56,891 bases of DNA from a virus. Lineage: Duplodnaviria; Caudoviricetes. Shown piece after piece: positions 25,211 through 35,150 of the stretch. The notes below the pieces were generated by a model, which was not told the origin of the DNA, searched no databases, and saw only the letters and a list, made by a program, of their open reading frames with translations. Both the position numbers and the translations under genes were made by a program. The number at the start of each line of letters is the position of its first letter. Positions within the stretch are counted from its first letter, which is position 1. The stretch lies in IMG/VR virus record IMGVR_UViG_3300024261_000036, positions 1 through 56,891 of that record, one strand, 5' to 3'.

Positions 25211-27609
25211 ATCGTCCTCAGCAGTGTTTCCCATTTGGCCGCGTCTATCTGGACAGCCGACATGGTAACGGTTATGAGTTCGCCCTCTCCAACTCCTCCC
25301 GGCGTGGAAGCGTTGGCGGTGGCAGCATCTGGAAAGATGCGTCTACGCAAAGTCAAAGGTCTATTATTTGCGTCGTAGGTCAAAGCGTCATCCCTGACAT
25401 TACCACCTGCGTTACCAAATGCGGCAGCAAGTGCTTGACCCGCTGTTCCTGTTGCGAGATGACCAGCAAGAGACTCGTCGAAAATGGCATCGACACCAGC
25501 CGCGTCAATACTCATCGCGTCTCCCGGCGTTGCCCTGGTCGAGACAGCCGCGTCAAGATTGGTGGCGATTGTTGGCTGCATGGCTGCGGTGTCTGCAAGA
25601 ACATCTTGCAGTTCACCGGCCGCAGTTGCGGCGGTTGCCCCAGTAACGCCGAGTGCTTGACGAATCTGTTCTTTTTCTCCTGCGGTCCAATCCGTATCTG
25701 AATCTGACTCCCAAAGACCAGCGCCGTGGGTGCCAGAAAGCTCAGTGTCGATGGCTGTGCGTTCTCCGGCTGTAAGCGTCATCGCATCACCTGGGTCTGC
25801 TGTTCCACGACTGGAAACAGTAGCGTCCAAGTTTGTGGCGACCACCGGCTGCATTGCACTCGTATCTGCCTCGATGTCATCGAGATGCGTATCCACAGAC
25901 CCTGCTGCCGGAGCACCTGCCGTTGGCGAAAGCTTCATCGCGTCACGCACTTGTTGCTGAGTTAGACCAGCTCCGCCGCCAGTCCATGCGCCTGCGCCGT
26001 GTGTCGCGGTAAGCTCTACATCGACCGCTGCGGTTGCTGCTGGCGTAAGCCCCATATTATCCCCGGCAACCGCAAAGCCAGTGGCCGTCTGATAAGACCC
26101 TGCCCCATGACTCGCCGTGACCAAAGCATCCACATCTGCGGCAGTGTGACTGCTCCGCGTAGATATTGCTGCATCGATGTCCGCACCTGGAAAAGGTGTG
26201 GCATCAGACAAAATATCTGCCTGGGCCAATGTGGATCGGGAACTAACAGTTGCGTCAAGGTTTGAGATGCTTGCACCAGCAAACGGTGTTGCATCAGAAA
26301 GGATATCTGCCTGGGTCAAAGTAGACCGAGAACTAATGGTCGCATCGACATTAGCTGTGACAAGCGGCTCGATGGCTGCCGTATCAGCCAAGACATCTTG
26401 AAGTTCACCGGCTGCGGTGGCCAAGGTGGCACCCGTGATGCCCAACGCCTGCCTCATTTGGCTTCGCTCCGAGACTGTCCAGTCAACGCCTGCTCCACTG
26501 GATGCGTCATTCAGGGCCTCGCCAACACTGCCAACGCCAAGGTGACCTGCAATAGGCTCATCCCATACGGCATCAACACCCGCAGCGGTGAGACCCATGT
26601 TGTCTCCAGCCACTGCGAATCCAGTAGCCGTAATGTATGAACCAACGCCATGACTAGCTGTAACCAGGGCATCCACGTCTGCGGCTGTGTGACTTGACCT
26701 GCTGGAGATCGCCGCGTCGATATCTGCCCCAGGAAATGGCGTTGCATCAGATAAAATATCTGCTTGGACCAGCGTAGACCTGGAGCTTACGGTGGCGTTC
26801 AGGTTCGTGGACACCAGCGGCTCCATCGCCGCAGTATCCGCAAGGACATCCTGAAGTTCGCCCGCAGCAGTCGCAGCCGTGAGACCCGTAACACCTAGCG
26901 CTTGACGAATCTGTTGCTTCTCTGCGCCAGTCCAGTCTGTTGCGCTTGCAGACTCCCAGTTTCCAGCGCCGTGAGTTCCACTGAGTTGGGCATCAATAGC
27001 TGTTCTCTCGCCTGCGGTCAGTGTCATTGCGTCACCGGGATTGGCAGTGCCTCGACTTGAAATAGTCGCGTCTATGCTTGCTCCAGCGAATGGAGTAGCA
27101 TCACTTAAAATGTCAGCCTGAGTCAATGTTGAGCGAGAGCTAACAGTTGCATCAAGATTGGGTATCAATGCTCCCGCGAACGGAGTAGCATCGCTTAGGA
27201 TGTCCGCCTGCGTAAGAGTAGACCTGCTGCTGATGGTGGCGTCTAGGTTGGTGCCAACAATGCTGCCTGCCGAGCCAGCACCAAAAGCGCCAGGAAGGGC
27301 TTCTGCCCAAACATCGTCCTGCACGGCGTTCGTTACCCGCATATGTTCAGAGACACGCTCGATGTTTCCGACCAGCGTCGTATGCAGCGCGTCGCTATAT
27401 GTAATGTAGATAATCGAATATCCGCCGATGGCAGGAGCAGTAAACGTACCTTGATAAAGGCCATCTGCAACATGGGAAAGGTTCACCGGGCTTGCAACGA
27501 TGGCAACACCAGCACTATCGTATATTTCAGCCTGCGGAAACCTTGTGGTGTCCCCATCTGCCAAAACAAGCTCCAGTAAAACTGTATCGCCTGTGATTAC
27601 TTCAATCAT
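25207..27609 (-). CDS. Modular repeat fibre protein (~800 aa)
   Basis: QADILSDATPF x5, RQALG.TG.T.ATAAGELQDVLADTAA x3; GGAGG SD before ATG 27609. Confidence 0.75.
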   Translation of the reverse strand: MIEVITGDTVLLELVLADGDTTRFPQAEIYDSAGVAIVASPVNLSHVADGLYQGTFTAPAIGGYSIIYITYSDALHTTLVGNIERVSEHMRVTNAVQDDVWAEALPGAFGAGSAGSIVGTNLDATISSRSTLTQADILSDATPFAGALIPNLDATVSSRSTLTQADILSDATPFAGASIDATISSRGTANPGDAMTLTAGERTAIDAQLSGTHGAGNWESASATDWTGAEKQQIRQALGVTGLTAATAAGELQDVLADTAAMEPLVSTNLNATVSSRSTLVQADILSDATPFPGADIDAAISSRSSHTAADVDALVTASHGVGSYITATGFAVAGDNMGLTAAGVDAVWDEPIAGHLGVGSVGEALNDASSGAGVDWTVSERSQMRQALGITGATLATAAGELQDVLADTAAIEPLVTANVDATISSRSTLTQADILSDATPFAGASISNLDATVSSRSTLAQADILSDATPFPGADIDAAISTRSSHTAADVDALVTASHGAGSYQTATGFAVAGDNMGLTPAATAAVDVELTATHGAGAWTGGGAGLTQQQVRDAMKLSPTAGAPAAGSVDTHLDDIEADTSAMQPVVATNLDATVSSRGTADPGDAMTLTAGERTAIDTELSGTHGAGLWESDSDTDWTAGEKEQIRQALGVTGATAATAAGELQDVLADTAAMQPTIATNLDAAVSTRATPGDAMSIDAAGVDAIFDESLAGHLATGTAGQALAAAFGNAGGNVRDDALTYDANNRPLTLRRRIFPDAATANASTPGGVGEGELITVTMSAVQIDAAKWETLLRTI

Positions 27610-27636
27610 CGCTTCCTCCACTAATAATCTCTACGC

Positions 27637-27798
27637 TCATGACGGTTCTTCTGGGTTTGACGCAACGACTGACGCATGAACGTATTCTTCCGATGCTGTA
27701 TGGTCCGGGTTGGCCTCCAGATGGGCATCCATTCCTGCATAGTTGTCGATGTCGAAAGTCTCTCCGCACGAGCAAATAAAAAGCATCCTTGTAGCCAT
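27637..27798 (-). CDS. Small Cys/His (Zn-finger-like) protein (53 aa)
   Basis: GAGG SD; FICSCGETF...H.....H. Confidence 0.55.
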   Translation of the reverse strand: MATRMLFICSCGETFDIDNYAGMDAHLEANPDHTASEEYVHASVVASNPEEPS

Positions 27799-27800
27799 TT

Positions 27801-29282
27801 TTACGACCTCACAAATTCTAGGGTTAACCACATCCTGTTGCCCTGGCCGATTGCCGTTCCGTTTGTACCAGTTGACTGGCATCTCAGGCGAACGACATCA
27901 GAGGCGGCAAGCTGGACCAAAAACGCAGCGCTGCTGTTGGCAGTGTCGTCAATGGTGTTACGAGAATAAGAGGACGACCTAGAAGGAACGATTTCGACCG
28001 TATTGTTCTCCACCCATCCATCAACGGTTCTTCGAGCATTTGCATTCGTGTCAAACATTATGGAGTATGAAATTCGGTAAACGCCAGCCGTGTTGATCGT
28101 TACATTCTCGCCTGACCGAGTGTAGCTTGAGTCCTGAAAGTCGTTAGCGTTCAGAACCACCGTTGTTGCCGTTGTGTTGATAGTTAGATTGCCGGTCTGT
28201 CGGTACTGAGATACGTTCGGGGTGAAGCCGTCTATAGAAATGTTGGCCACCCCGCTTCCTGCGTCCGTTACGGTGACCGCATCGCCAACAAAGTCAAGGT
28301 TTGTATGAGGGCCACCCGCAACAACTGAACCCTCATCCTCGACAATAATACTGCTGCCGGACCCTGCTGGGCCTTGTGGACCCGTCGCTCCTGCTGCCCC
28401 GTTCGCTCCCACCGTTTGGATGCTTAGGCGAAGGCTGTTGGCAAGCGTGTTTACCTGATCGCTGCCATCAACAACCTGACCCCTAATGCGAATCACGTCG
28501 GAGGCGTTCAGCTCCAAGATGGCAAACCCGGAATTTCCACCCTCTTCTTCGCCTGAGTCGTGAAACCACCTAGATCTAGTTCCGCCAACCTCGGCAAAAC
28601 CACCGCCCGTGTCTAGCTCCACCCAGAACCCAACAGTTGCGTCGTTATTACTTGTCTCGCTTGAAGAACACCCGAAATCGATACGATATGTACCATTCGC
28701 GTTAATGGTAAGCTCGGAAGATCCGCTTAGGGTGAAAGCCGCATTCGTTATTCTTGCCGTGTTGAAAGGGAGGGTGCTAGCCGACGTGGTAATCCCGGCA
28801 TAAGAAACAGAATTATAATAGTTTGCGAAAGCAGCTTCTGGCAGGTCAACCCATGAAAGCCCCGAGGGCTGAACGCTGTTTGCCGTCAGAACCTGCCTTG
28901 TTGACCCCACCGGAAATCTCGCAACAGTGTCCGCAGCCGTTGCAACAATCAGGTCACCCTTTGCGTCCACAATGGTGTCCAAGATTCCATCAACAGACGT
29001 GGTTTGCAGAGATGCCGTTTCGCCTGGGTTCCGAATCGACGCCAGGGCGACGTTCATATCGACCAAAACCACTGTCCCAGAATGAGAACCTGTCAGCGTT
29101 ATGGTTAGAGCATTTCGTGGATCTGCCGACGAAAGCTCAATGACATCAATCAAGTCTGTTCGAGATACACCGTCAACCAGGACCATGGCTCCAAGTTGCA
29201 CACGGTCAAGATTATGTGTAATCGGTATCGACGAGGACGACGAGAATGTTTGAGCAAAAAGTTCTTTCCATGCACCAGCCAT
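27801..29282 (-). CDS. Tail fibre with two C1q/BclA-like domains and a short collagen linker
   Basis: DAKGDLIVATAADTVAR motif; TINANGTYRID and TINTAGVYRIS paralogous domains; GANGAAGATGPQGPAG. Confidence 0.7.
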   Translation of the reverse strand: MAGAWKELFAQTFSSSSSIPITHNLDRVQLGAMVLVDGVSRTDLIDVIELSSADPRNALTITLTGSHSGTVVLVDMNVALASIRNPGETASLQTTSVDGILDTIVDAKGDLIVATAADTVARFPVGSTRQVLTANSVQPSGLSWVDLPEAAFANYYNSVSYAGITTSASTLPFNTARITNAAFTLSGSSELTINANGTYRIDFGCSSSETSNNDATVGFWVELDTGGGFAEVGGTRSRWFHDSGEEEGGNSGFAILELNASDVIRIRGQVVDGSDQVNTLANSLRLSIQTVGANGAAGATGPQGPAGSGSSIIVEDEGSVVAGGPHTNLDFVGDAVTVTDAGSGVANISIDGFTPNVSQYRQTGNLTINTTATTVVLNANDFQDSSYTRSGENVTINTAGVYRISYSIMFDTNANARRTVDGWVENNTVEIVPSRSSSYSRNTIDDTANSSAAFLVQLAASDVVRLRCQSTGTNGTAIGQGNRMWLTLEFVRS

Positions 29283-31429
29283 TACAACGCTCCTCCAAGG
29301 CTAAACTTTATTCCGTTAACGACAAGGGCGATAATGATCACATCCTGGTTTGGCGTCCCATCGTCGGTCAGTTCGACACGGACAAACAAAACGTCGCCTT
29401 CGTAATATGATGACGCATCGAATGCGGCGAACTCCTGGTCAATCGCGTAGTCATCATATGTTGCGGGAAGGACCGCCCCCGCAGGCACTAGGTTCTGGGC
29501 GTCAAACTCTGCGATACCAGTCGTTAAGACATCCGTGTTTGCCAGTATTCTTGGGGTTGGATCGATACCGCCTGCTGGGTCTGCCACCAGATTCCCAGCG
29601 ACCTCTGCCGTGTAGACAGACATCGTAAGCTCCGGCGCAACAGTGATAGGGGTTGACCCATCAACCTTGTAGACGACGGACATGTCCAAGGGATGGGCCG
29701 TGCAGATGCCTTCAGGGATTGCGAATTGGAAGTAAATCGCATCACCCGTTTGATTGAGCCTGCTGTTCGGCATTGGGTGTGTCCAACCTGTCGGAGTCCC
29801 TCCAGACCCAACGTCAACATTGGCCAAAACAACCCCGCCGCTTTCACCGAAAACATTTCCACTGGCAGAAAGGGTTCCGCGCCACTTCGCAAGACCGGAT
29901 GCTGTTTTTCGCCCTCTCCTATTTATTTGTGAAGTGGAAGGCGTCAGCCAGGTCCGCTCAAATGTGGGAAGCACAGATGGGGCAGAAATGATTTCGACGC
30001 ATGACCAATATGCCGTTACTGCATCCACTGACGTGGTTGCCCACGTTGAATCATCGTCAATGCCGTAATGCAGCTCCTCCTCAGAGGATGCGCGAAGAAA
30101 CACATCATTCGCATATCGGTATGATTCTTCTTCGCTTACGGCTTCGACGCCGACATTCTCCCACGCGGCTCCATTCCAAATCTTAAACTCGTAAGACCCA
30201 CCCACCCCAGCGGCGCTTTGGGCTATTTGAAGTCCCCAGTGCTTAATCACTGAAGCTGTATCCTGTCGCAATGACCCGAAATATATCCTGTGTCCTGCGG
30301 CAGTTCCCTGAAACGTGATCGTTGACCCAGAAATACTCGAAGCGTCTGCCGTAACATCCACGAGGCCACCAGTGCCTGTGGCGTTCGAGGTGACGACTTT
30401 TATCCCGTCCGCATATGGCGAACCGCTTCCAGCGTACACGCTAGATCCCTTTTCTGGGAATCCAAAAACGGAGTCAACACCGAATGTCCTTTGTTGCGAA
30501 AAGCTGGTGTCATTTTGCTCTCGGAAGAAACTCAAGCCAAAGTCAGAGTTCAGCATCGCAGGGGGAAAGTTGTAAGCCGTTTCATGATTTGCAGTAATGC
30601 GAACAACTGTACCGGTGCCGAGAAGGGCTGGGTCAGCCAGTACGGCAAACGCCGACTGGTCCATCTTCCCACCGAGGACAGAAAGGTTTATCCCATCGCT
30701 GACTATGTGAATACTGTTTGACAGGTCAAGGGTATTGATTCCGAATATCAAAGTTGTCGAGGTGCCATCGCAGTAGACGCCATCGGTAACATTCGGTGAT
30801 CCGACGTTAAAGTCGGCAATCTGAAACCTGCCAGCCGATTCCCCTCTCACAACAGCGTCAATCGTTCCAGGACCGGGAGGAACATGTATCGACTCAACTG
30901 CAATAACGCCGCTTTCGGTGACCATACACGAACGCAGGCCGCCAGTGTCAAAACGTATCTCAGCTCCGATAATCTTGCCGCCGCCTATTTTTCGCAGCCC
31001 GTTCCCTTGGCCCACAGCCCCATCGCCGTGAAACTGGCAGTTGTATATCGATGATGCACTAGAAACGCCACCATCAAACAAGACACCCGATAATCCCAGG
31101 GTGTCCGGGCAGTCAACAGCAAATCCCTCAATCTGCGAGTCTGCCGAAAGGGTTACAATGTCCGCAACAGCCGATACGTCTCCGATGCGCGTAACCTGGT
31201 ATCCGCCAGAGCTTTTTAGGGTTGTCCCAGCCGGCACAGTGAGCCCAGACTCAGCGTAGGTACCTGGATATACTAAGATCTCATCACCAGACACAGCAAC
31301 AGCCAAAGCTGCGCCAACCGTCAAAAACGGGTGCAGAGGGTCGCCAGACGTACCGCTGGCATCATTGCCGTTGACGGCGTCTACCCAGACGACGTTTCCG
31401 GTTCTTTGTAGCAGTCCTGCTGTGGGCAT
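29282..31429 (-). CDS. Putative tail spike, pectin-lyase-like beta-helix (DUF1565-like start)
   Basis: VWVDAVNGND...PFLTVGAAL..A.SGDEILVYPGTYAE. Confidence 0.7.
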   Translation of the reverse strand: MPTAGLLQRTGNVVWVDAVNGNDASGTSGDPLHPFLTVGAALAVAVSGDEILVYPGTYAESGLTVPAGTTLKSSGGYQVTRIGDVSAVADIVTLSADSQIEGFAVDCPDTLGLSGVLFDGGVSSASSIYNCQFHGDGAVGQGNGLRKIGGGKIIGAEIRFDTGGLRSCMVTESGVIAVESIHVPPGPGTIDAVVRGESAGRFQIADFNVGSPNVTDGVYCDGTSTTLIFGINTLDLSNSIHIVSDGINLSVLGGKMDQSAFAVLADPALLGTGTVVRITANHETAYNFPPAMLNSDFGLSFFREQNDTSFSQQRTFGVDSVFGFPEKGSSVYAGSGSPYADGIKVVTSNATGTGGLVDVTADASSISGSTITFQGTAAGHRIYFGSLRQDTASVIKHWGLQIAQSAAGVGGSYEFKIWNGAAWENVGVEAVSEEESYRYANDVFLRASSEEELHYGIDDDSTWATTSVDAVTAYWSCVEIISAPSVLPTFERTWLTPSTSQINRRGRKTASGLAKWRGTLSASGNVFGESGGVVLANVDVGSGGTPTGWTHPMPNSRLNQTGDAIYFQFAIPEGICTAHPLDMSVVYKVDGSTPITVAPELTMSVYTAEVAGNLVADPAGGIDPTPRILANTDVLTTGIAEFDAQNLVPAGAVLPATYDDYAIDQEFAAFDASSYYEGDVLFVRVELTDDGTPNQDVIIIALVVNGIKFSLGGAL

Positions 31430-31476
31430 CTAATCCTCCAAAAATAATCTATCAAATCGAAAGGTGAATCCTTAAA

Positions 31477-34400
31477 TTAATCTAAAAGCCGTTGTTTTAC
31501 GGTGAGTGATGAATAGGCGCTAGTTAGCGCTGCAATCCCAGTATATCTATCTACTGGATTAATCGTAGAGCCTGGCAGCTTTAAGTCGGCAGCAGCAATT
31601 GTGTCTGGATTCGTGCTGAAAGCGACGGATATTTTCTCCCCGTAGGAAAAGTGTGCCTGGGTATAAATTTTAGCCATGGCTTGAACTTGGGCGCTGAACC
31701 CTGCTGAAATGGTGGAGGTTCTCAGGTTTAAAGTTTCAGTCGCTATGAGCCGAGGCGATCCAGTTCCTAAGTAGTATCCCGTCGTGTGGTCATATTCCGC
31801 ATCAGCATAAATATACATAACGAGCGGGACTGTGTCTCCCGGCAATGCTCCCGTGGGAGCCCCCAACGGGATTGCCACTTCGAAGGCGCACGTTGCCGCC
31901 ACCTCATATATGCCGCTTTCCCCGACCTCAAAATAACTGCCGCTAAACGGACCTCCGGCCACCCCCTCATCTACGGCCACATTGTCTCCATAGTCGTAAA
32001 ACCCCGGAGACGGGGTGTCCACATTGTAGGCAATATTTTTTATGTTCGTGCCGTTTAACGGCAGCGGAGTAGTGAAAAGAGTACCGGTATTATAGCTGAC
32101 GTTGCAGGACCTAGCAGCCGGATAAACGGACACGTTGTCAACATATACACTGCCTGCAACGGCTCCCTTGGCCATGAAAAGCCTTGCGTACCTTGCATCA
32201 TTCGCAGGAGGACCAGTTTCAAGCGGAGCGAAGTACCCCCTCTGGGTTTCCCACTCAAGCGCAGCGGAGGCCGGTCCAGCCGCAAGCACTGTGGTGCCAA
32301 TTGAGGAACCGTCTCCATCAAGAAACTCAACACCGAGAATAAGCGTTGTGGATGTGTTGTCTGCCTGCCACGTGAATTCCACCGCATATGGCGAATTTGT
32401 GTACCCGTCGATAGGTATAAGATCCGATTCAATGCCATACCCAGGTGATGCGATTTCGATAGACAGGGCACCCGTCTTCGACACTGTTGAAGCCAGTATG
32501 TTCGTGTTGTCCCAAGTGTTTGTCGCACTCCAGCCAGTAGGCGGATTCAATCTTCCGTCGGCCCACGTCATAAAGGCGTTGTTTCGGACCTGCGTGAACT
32601 TGCCGCCAAGGTTCATCTGCGACTTGCTCAGGACAGATTGAAGAGACTGCAGCTTCTGGGACTTGGTTAATGCGGTACTTGCCTGCTGTGGGCTGTTTGC
32701 AGGTATTGGTGCCCCGCGTGATTCAAGCGTCATCCACCTGCGGACACCAAGGCTGGGCTGTCCACGAACGGACATGGTTGTTGTCGCCTCATCGGTAAAG
32801 TTGTGACTTACCTGGGAGACGGCAAGATATTGGTTGTCACTGTAAAGGTAGGCGTTTGACTGGAATCCAACGATGTCGTGTATGTCAAGGAACGGCAAGA
32901 GAGGAACGGTCACTGAGTGGTCAAACTCGGGCTCCGACAGATCCTGTATCATAGATGACGCCATTCGAGTCGCCTCGGTGCCCAGGTTGATGTTGCTTAC
33001 AGATTCCTCTTGCACCTCCATAAACCTACGCCCATACTTGGTGATTGAAGATAGGTTTTCAAGTTCTACGAATGCCGGCGTCCTCTCCGTTGCCTCCCCT
33101 GTGGATGGGTTTAACCCGGCATCTCCGTTGAGAGAATTGCCGGACAAGGTTATTCCTGACGGCAGCGTTATGGACGATATGTTCGCGTTCTGCTCCGCCA
33201 CCGTCTCTGCGCTATCATACGAAACCCTGACGACATTCCTCACGCGCTGCGAGGCAAGCTCGGCTTTCGATATAGACTTAATTTCGCTGGGAGAAAATAC
33301 GGCTGATAGAGTCACGGAGTCTCGCTCGGGTTCATAAAGCTGGAGACGGAATGATTCGCTGTCCTCGTCCCATTTGAACTTAACGTCGTGACCAAATTCT
33401 CCCGCAATCGTTCTGATGGCCACAAGAACGGGCTCACGCTTCTGAACCTTATAGTTAACGGCCCACGCCGCACCAGGGGGCGGGTCGTATATGACATCGC
33501 CAGGGCCTGCATAGGAACCTGTCTTTCCATTATCAACAGAGTTGTCAAAAACAATGCCATCAATAACATCATCAACAATGACGGCGGCACCGCCAGGGGT
33601 CGTGCCGTAGCCCACTTCATCCTCGATAAACGTATCGACCAGCAATCCGCCCTTGTCCCTGAAGTTGACCGTAATCTCCTCGGTCCCCCAATCTATCAGG
33701 TCTATGCGACCATCAAGCATGTACCAAAAATCGTCCCCGCTTGCATCCAGACCGAGGGGGACGGTGGCCGCAAATATCCTTATCTGCCTGTATACGTCAA
33801 GGAACCTCTCTACATTATAGGTGCTGTCGTCAGCAAGGTTGAGCTTCGTATCATTCTTGAGGTAGGCGAGAGACAGGTTCTCCTGCTCCCGCAAGAACTT
33901 GACAGAGCCCTGAACACACGCGTTGTCCGGGCTGTTCGACAAGTTAAGATTCGACACAAAGTCGAGACCGTCGAGCTGGGTGGCGTCGTAATACAGGCTA
34001 GTGGTCGCCGGAGATGGCTCAGGCTTCTCCACGGCAACCCTGACTTGACTGCTGGTGTGAAACGGAAGAAGGAGCCCTCTGCGGTAGTCTTCCTCTATTT
34101 CTGACGCGGTAAGCTGGCGGTCCCATAGATATATGCCAGCGACAGTTCCCGTGAAGGGCACAACCATTTGACCGCCACCGCTAGAAGTGTACTGGCCACC
34201 AACCTGCCAATAAGCGTTGGACCCACCTGTTGGGGTTTCGCCGTTGCCGCTAGGACCAGGATCCAATGGAACATCTTCTATATACCTACCATTAACATAC
34301 ATGGAGTATGATATTCTCGTGACAGGGAACGATGGGTTGGGCTTCCTCACCAGGCAAAGGTATATCCACCTGTCCAGCGGGAACTCATAGTTTCCTCGCC

Positions 34401-34905
34401 ACCTGCTTGAAACATTTGACCCGTGCTCGGAGTTTATTTCTATCTTCCCGCTGCTATTCAATATAGCAAACCTAAAAAGAATATTGTTGGCAGAACCCGT
34501 AAGTGCCGAATCTGAGGCGAAAGCCACGACGGATGAGAACGTGGAGATACTGCTGACCTTGAACCAAGCCCCAAAGGTGGCATCCTTAGTTGTTAGTACG
34601 GTTTGCGAATCTATATCCGTGGCAGCAGAATCACTCGACATCGCGTTCGTGGCACCTGAGCCGATAAATCTTCTTCCCATGCCAACGGGAGCATCAACAA
34701 TATATGGCAATAGCGGGTCCGTGACGAATACGCCGCCGTTGTGAGGCCCAAGGTTTTCACCAGCACTTCCCCATACGGATGGGGAATAGTCGCCCGTGGT
34801 CTCATCGAGAAACCATGCACGACTCAACGGCGGGTCAACACCTGAGGGGTCTACCCCTGTCCTAAAGCGCGGGTGAGCCCCTCTCTTTGTGCTTGGCAAC
34901 CTCAT
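31477..34905 (-). CDS. Tail tip hub/central fibre with LamG-like N-terminus and C-terminal carbohydrate-binding-like domains
   Basis: LamG pattern (W.Y.CLV, MYVNG, IYLWDRQLTASEI); hub-like GRIDLIDW and VRNVVRVSY; SITKYGRR. Confidence 0.7.
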   Translation of the reverse strand: MRLPSTKRGAHPRFRTGVDPSGVDPPLSRAWFLDETTGDYSPSVWGSAGENLGPHNGGVFVTDPLLPYIVDAPVGMGRRFIGSGATNAMSSDSAATDIDSQTVLTTKDATFGAWFKVSSISTFSSVVAFASDSALTGSANNILFRFAILNSSGKIEINSEHGSNVSSRWRGNYEFPLDRWIYLCLVRKPNPSFPVTRISYSMYVNGRYIEDVPLDPGPSGNGETPTGGSNAYWQVGGQYTSSGGGQMVVPFTGTVAGIYLWDRQLTASEIEEDYRRGLLLPFHTSSQVRVAVEKPEPSPATTSLYYDATQLDGLDFVSNLNLSNSPDNACVQGSVKFLREQENLSLAYLKNDTKLNLADDSTYNVERFLDVYRQIRIFAATVPLGLDASGDDFWYMLDGRIDLIDWGTEEITVNFRDKGGLLVDTFIEDEVGYGTTPGGAAVIVDDVIDGIVFDNSVDNGKTGSYAGPGDVIYDPPPGAAWAVNYKVQKREPVLVAIRTIAGEFGHDVKFKWDEDSESFRLQLYEPERDSVTLSAVFSPSEIKSISKAELASQRVRNVVRVSYDSAETVAEQNANISSITLPSGITLSGNSLNGDAGLNPSTGEATERTPAFVELENLSSITKYGRRFMEVQEESVSNINLGTEATRMASSMIQDLSEPEFDHSVTVPLLPFLDIHDIVGFQSNAYLYSDNQYLAVSQVSHNFTDEATTTMSVRGQPSLGVRRWMTLESRGAPIPANSPQQASTALTKSQKLQSLQSVLSKSQMNLGGKFTQVRNNAFMTWADGRLNPPTGWSATNTWDNTNILASTVSKTGALSIEIASPGYGIESDLIPIDGYTNSPYAVEFTWQADNTSTTLILGVEFLDGDGSSIGTTVLAAGPASAALEWETQRGYFAPLETGPPANDARYARLFMAKGAVAGSVYVDNVSVYPAARSCNVSYNTGTLFTTPLPLNGTNIKNIAYNVDTPSPGFYDYGDNVAVDEGVAGGPFSGSYFEVGESGIYEVAATCAFEVAIPLGAPTGALPGDTVPLVMYIYADAEYDHTTGYYLGTGSPRLIATETLNLRTSTISAGFSAQVQAMAKIYTQAHFSYGEKISVAFSTNPDTIAAADLKLPGSTINPVDRYTGIAALTSAYSSLTVKQRLLD

Positions 34906-34913
34906 TAAACGGC

Positions 34914-35141
34914 CTACTCCTCAATCGGTGCAATAGTCACCATGGCGGTGGTGCATTTTATGTTTACAGTCATCTCTGAAGATTCCCCACGCTTCATGGA
35001 TGCCTTAAAGCCGGACACGGTCGGTGAATCCAATGAAATGGAAACAGCCTGCCCAATGAAGTTCGTTCCCGGCGATGGAACATCCAGGTCACCATCAACC
35101 TCAATGATAATTTTTCTAATCGGTTTGCGAATCGCTGACAT
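34914..35141 (-). CDS. Small hypothetical tail-module protein
   Basis: GGAG SD, packed between tail genes. Confidence 0.65.
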   Translation of the reverse strand: MSAIRKPIRKIIIEVDGDLDVPSPGTNFIGQAVSISLDSPTVSGFKASMKRGESSEMTVNIKCTTAMVTIAPIEE

Positions 35142-35150
35142 CTACGTCTC

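Noticed and set aside
25207-27609. Diversity-generating retroelement target/template repeats
   Set aside because: No reverse transcriptase gene in the genome, and repeat differences are synonymous rather than adenine-specific.
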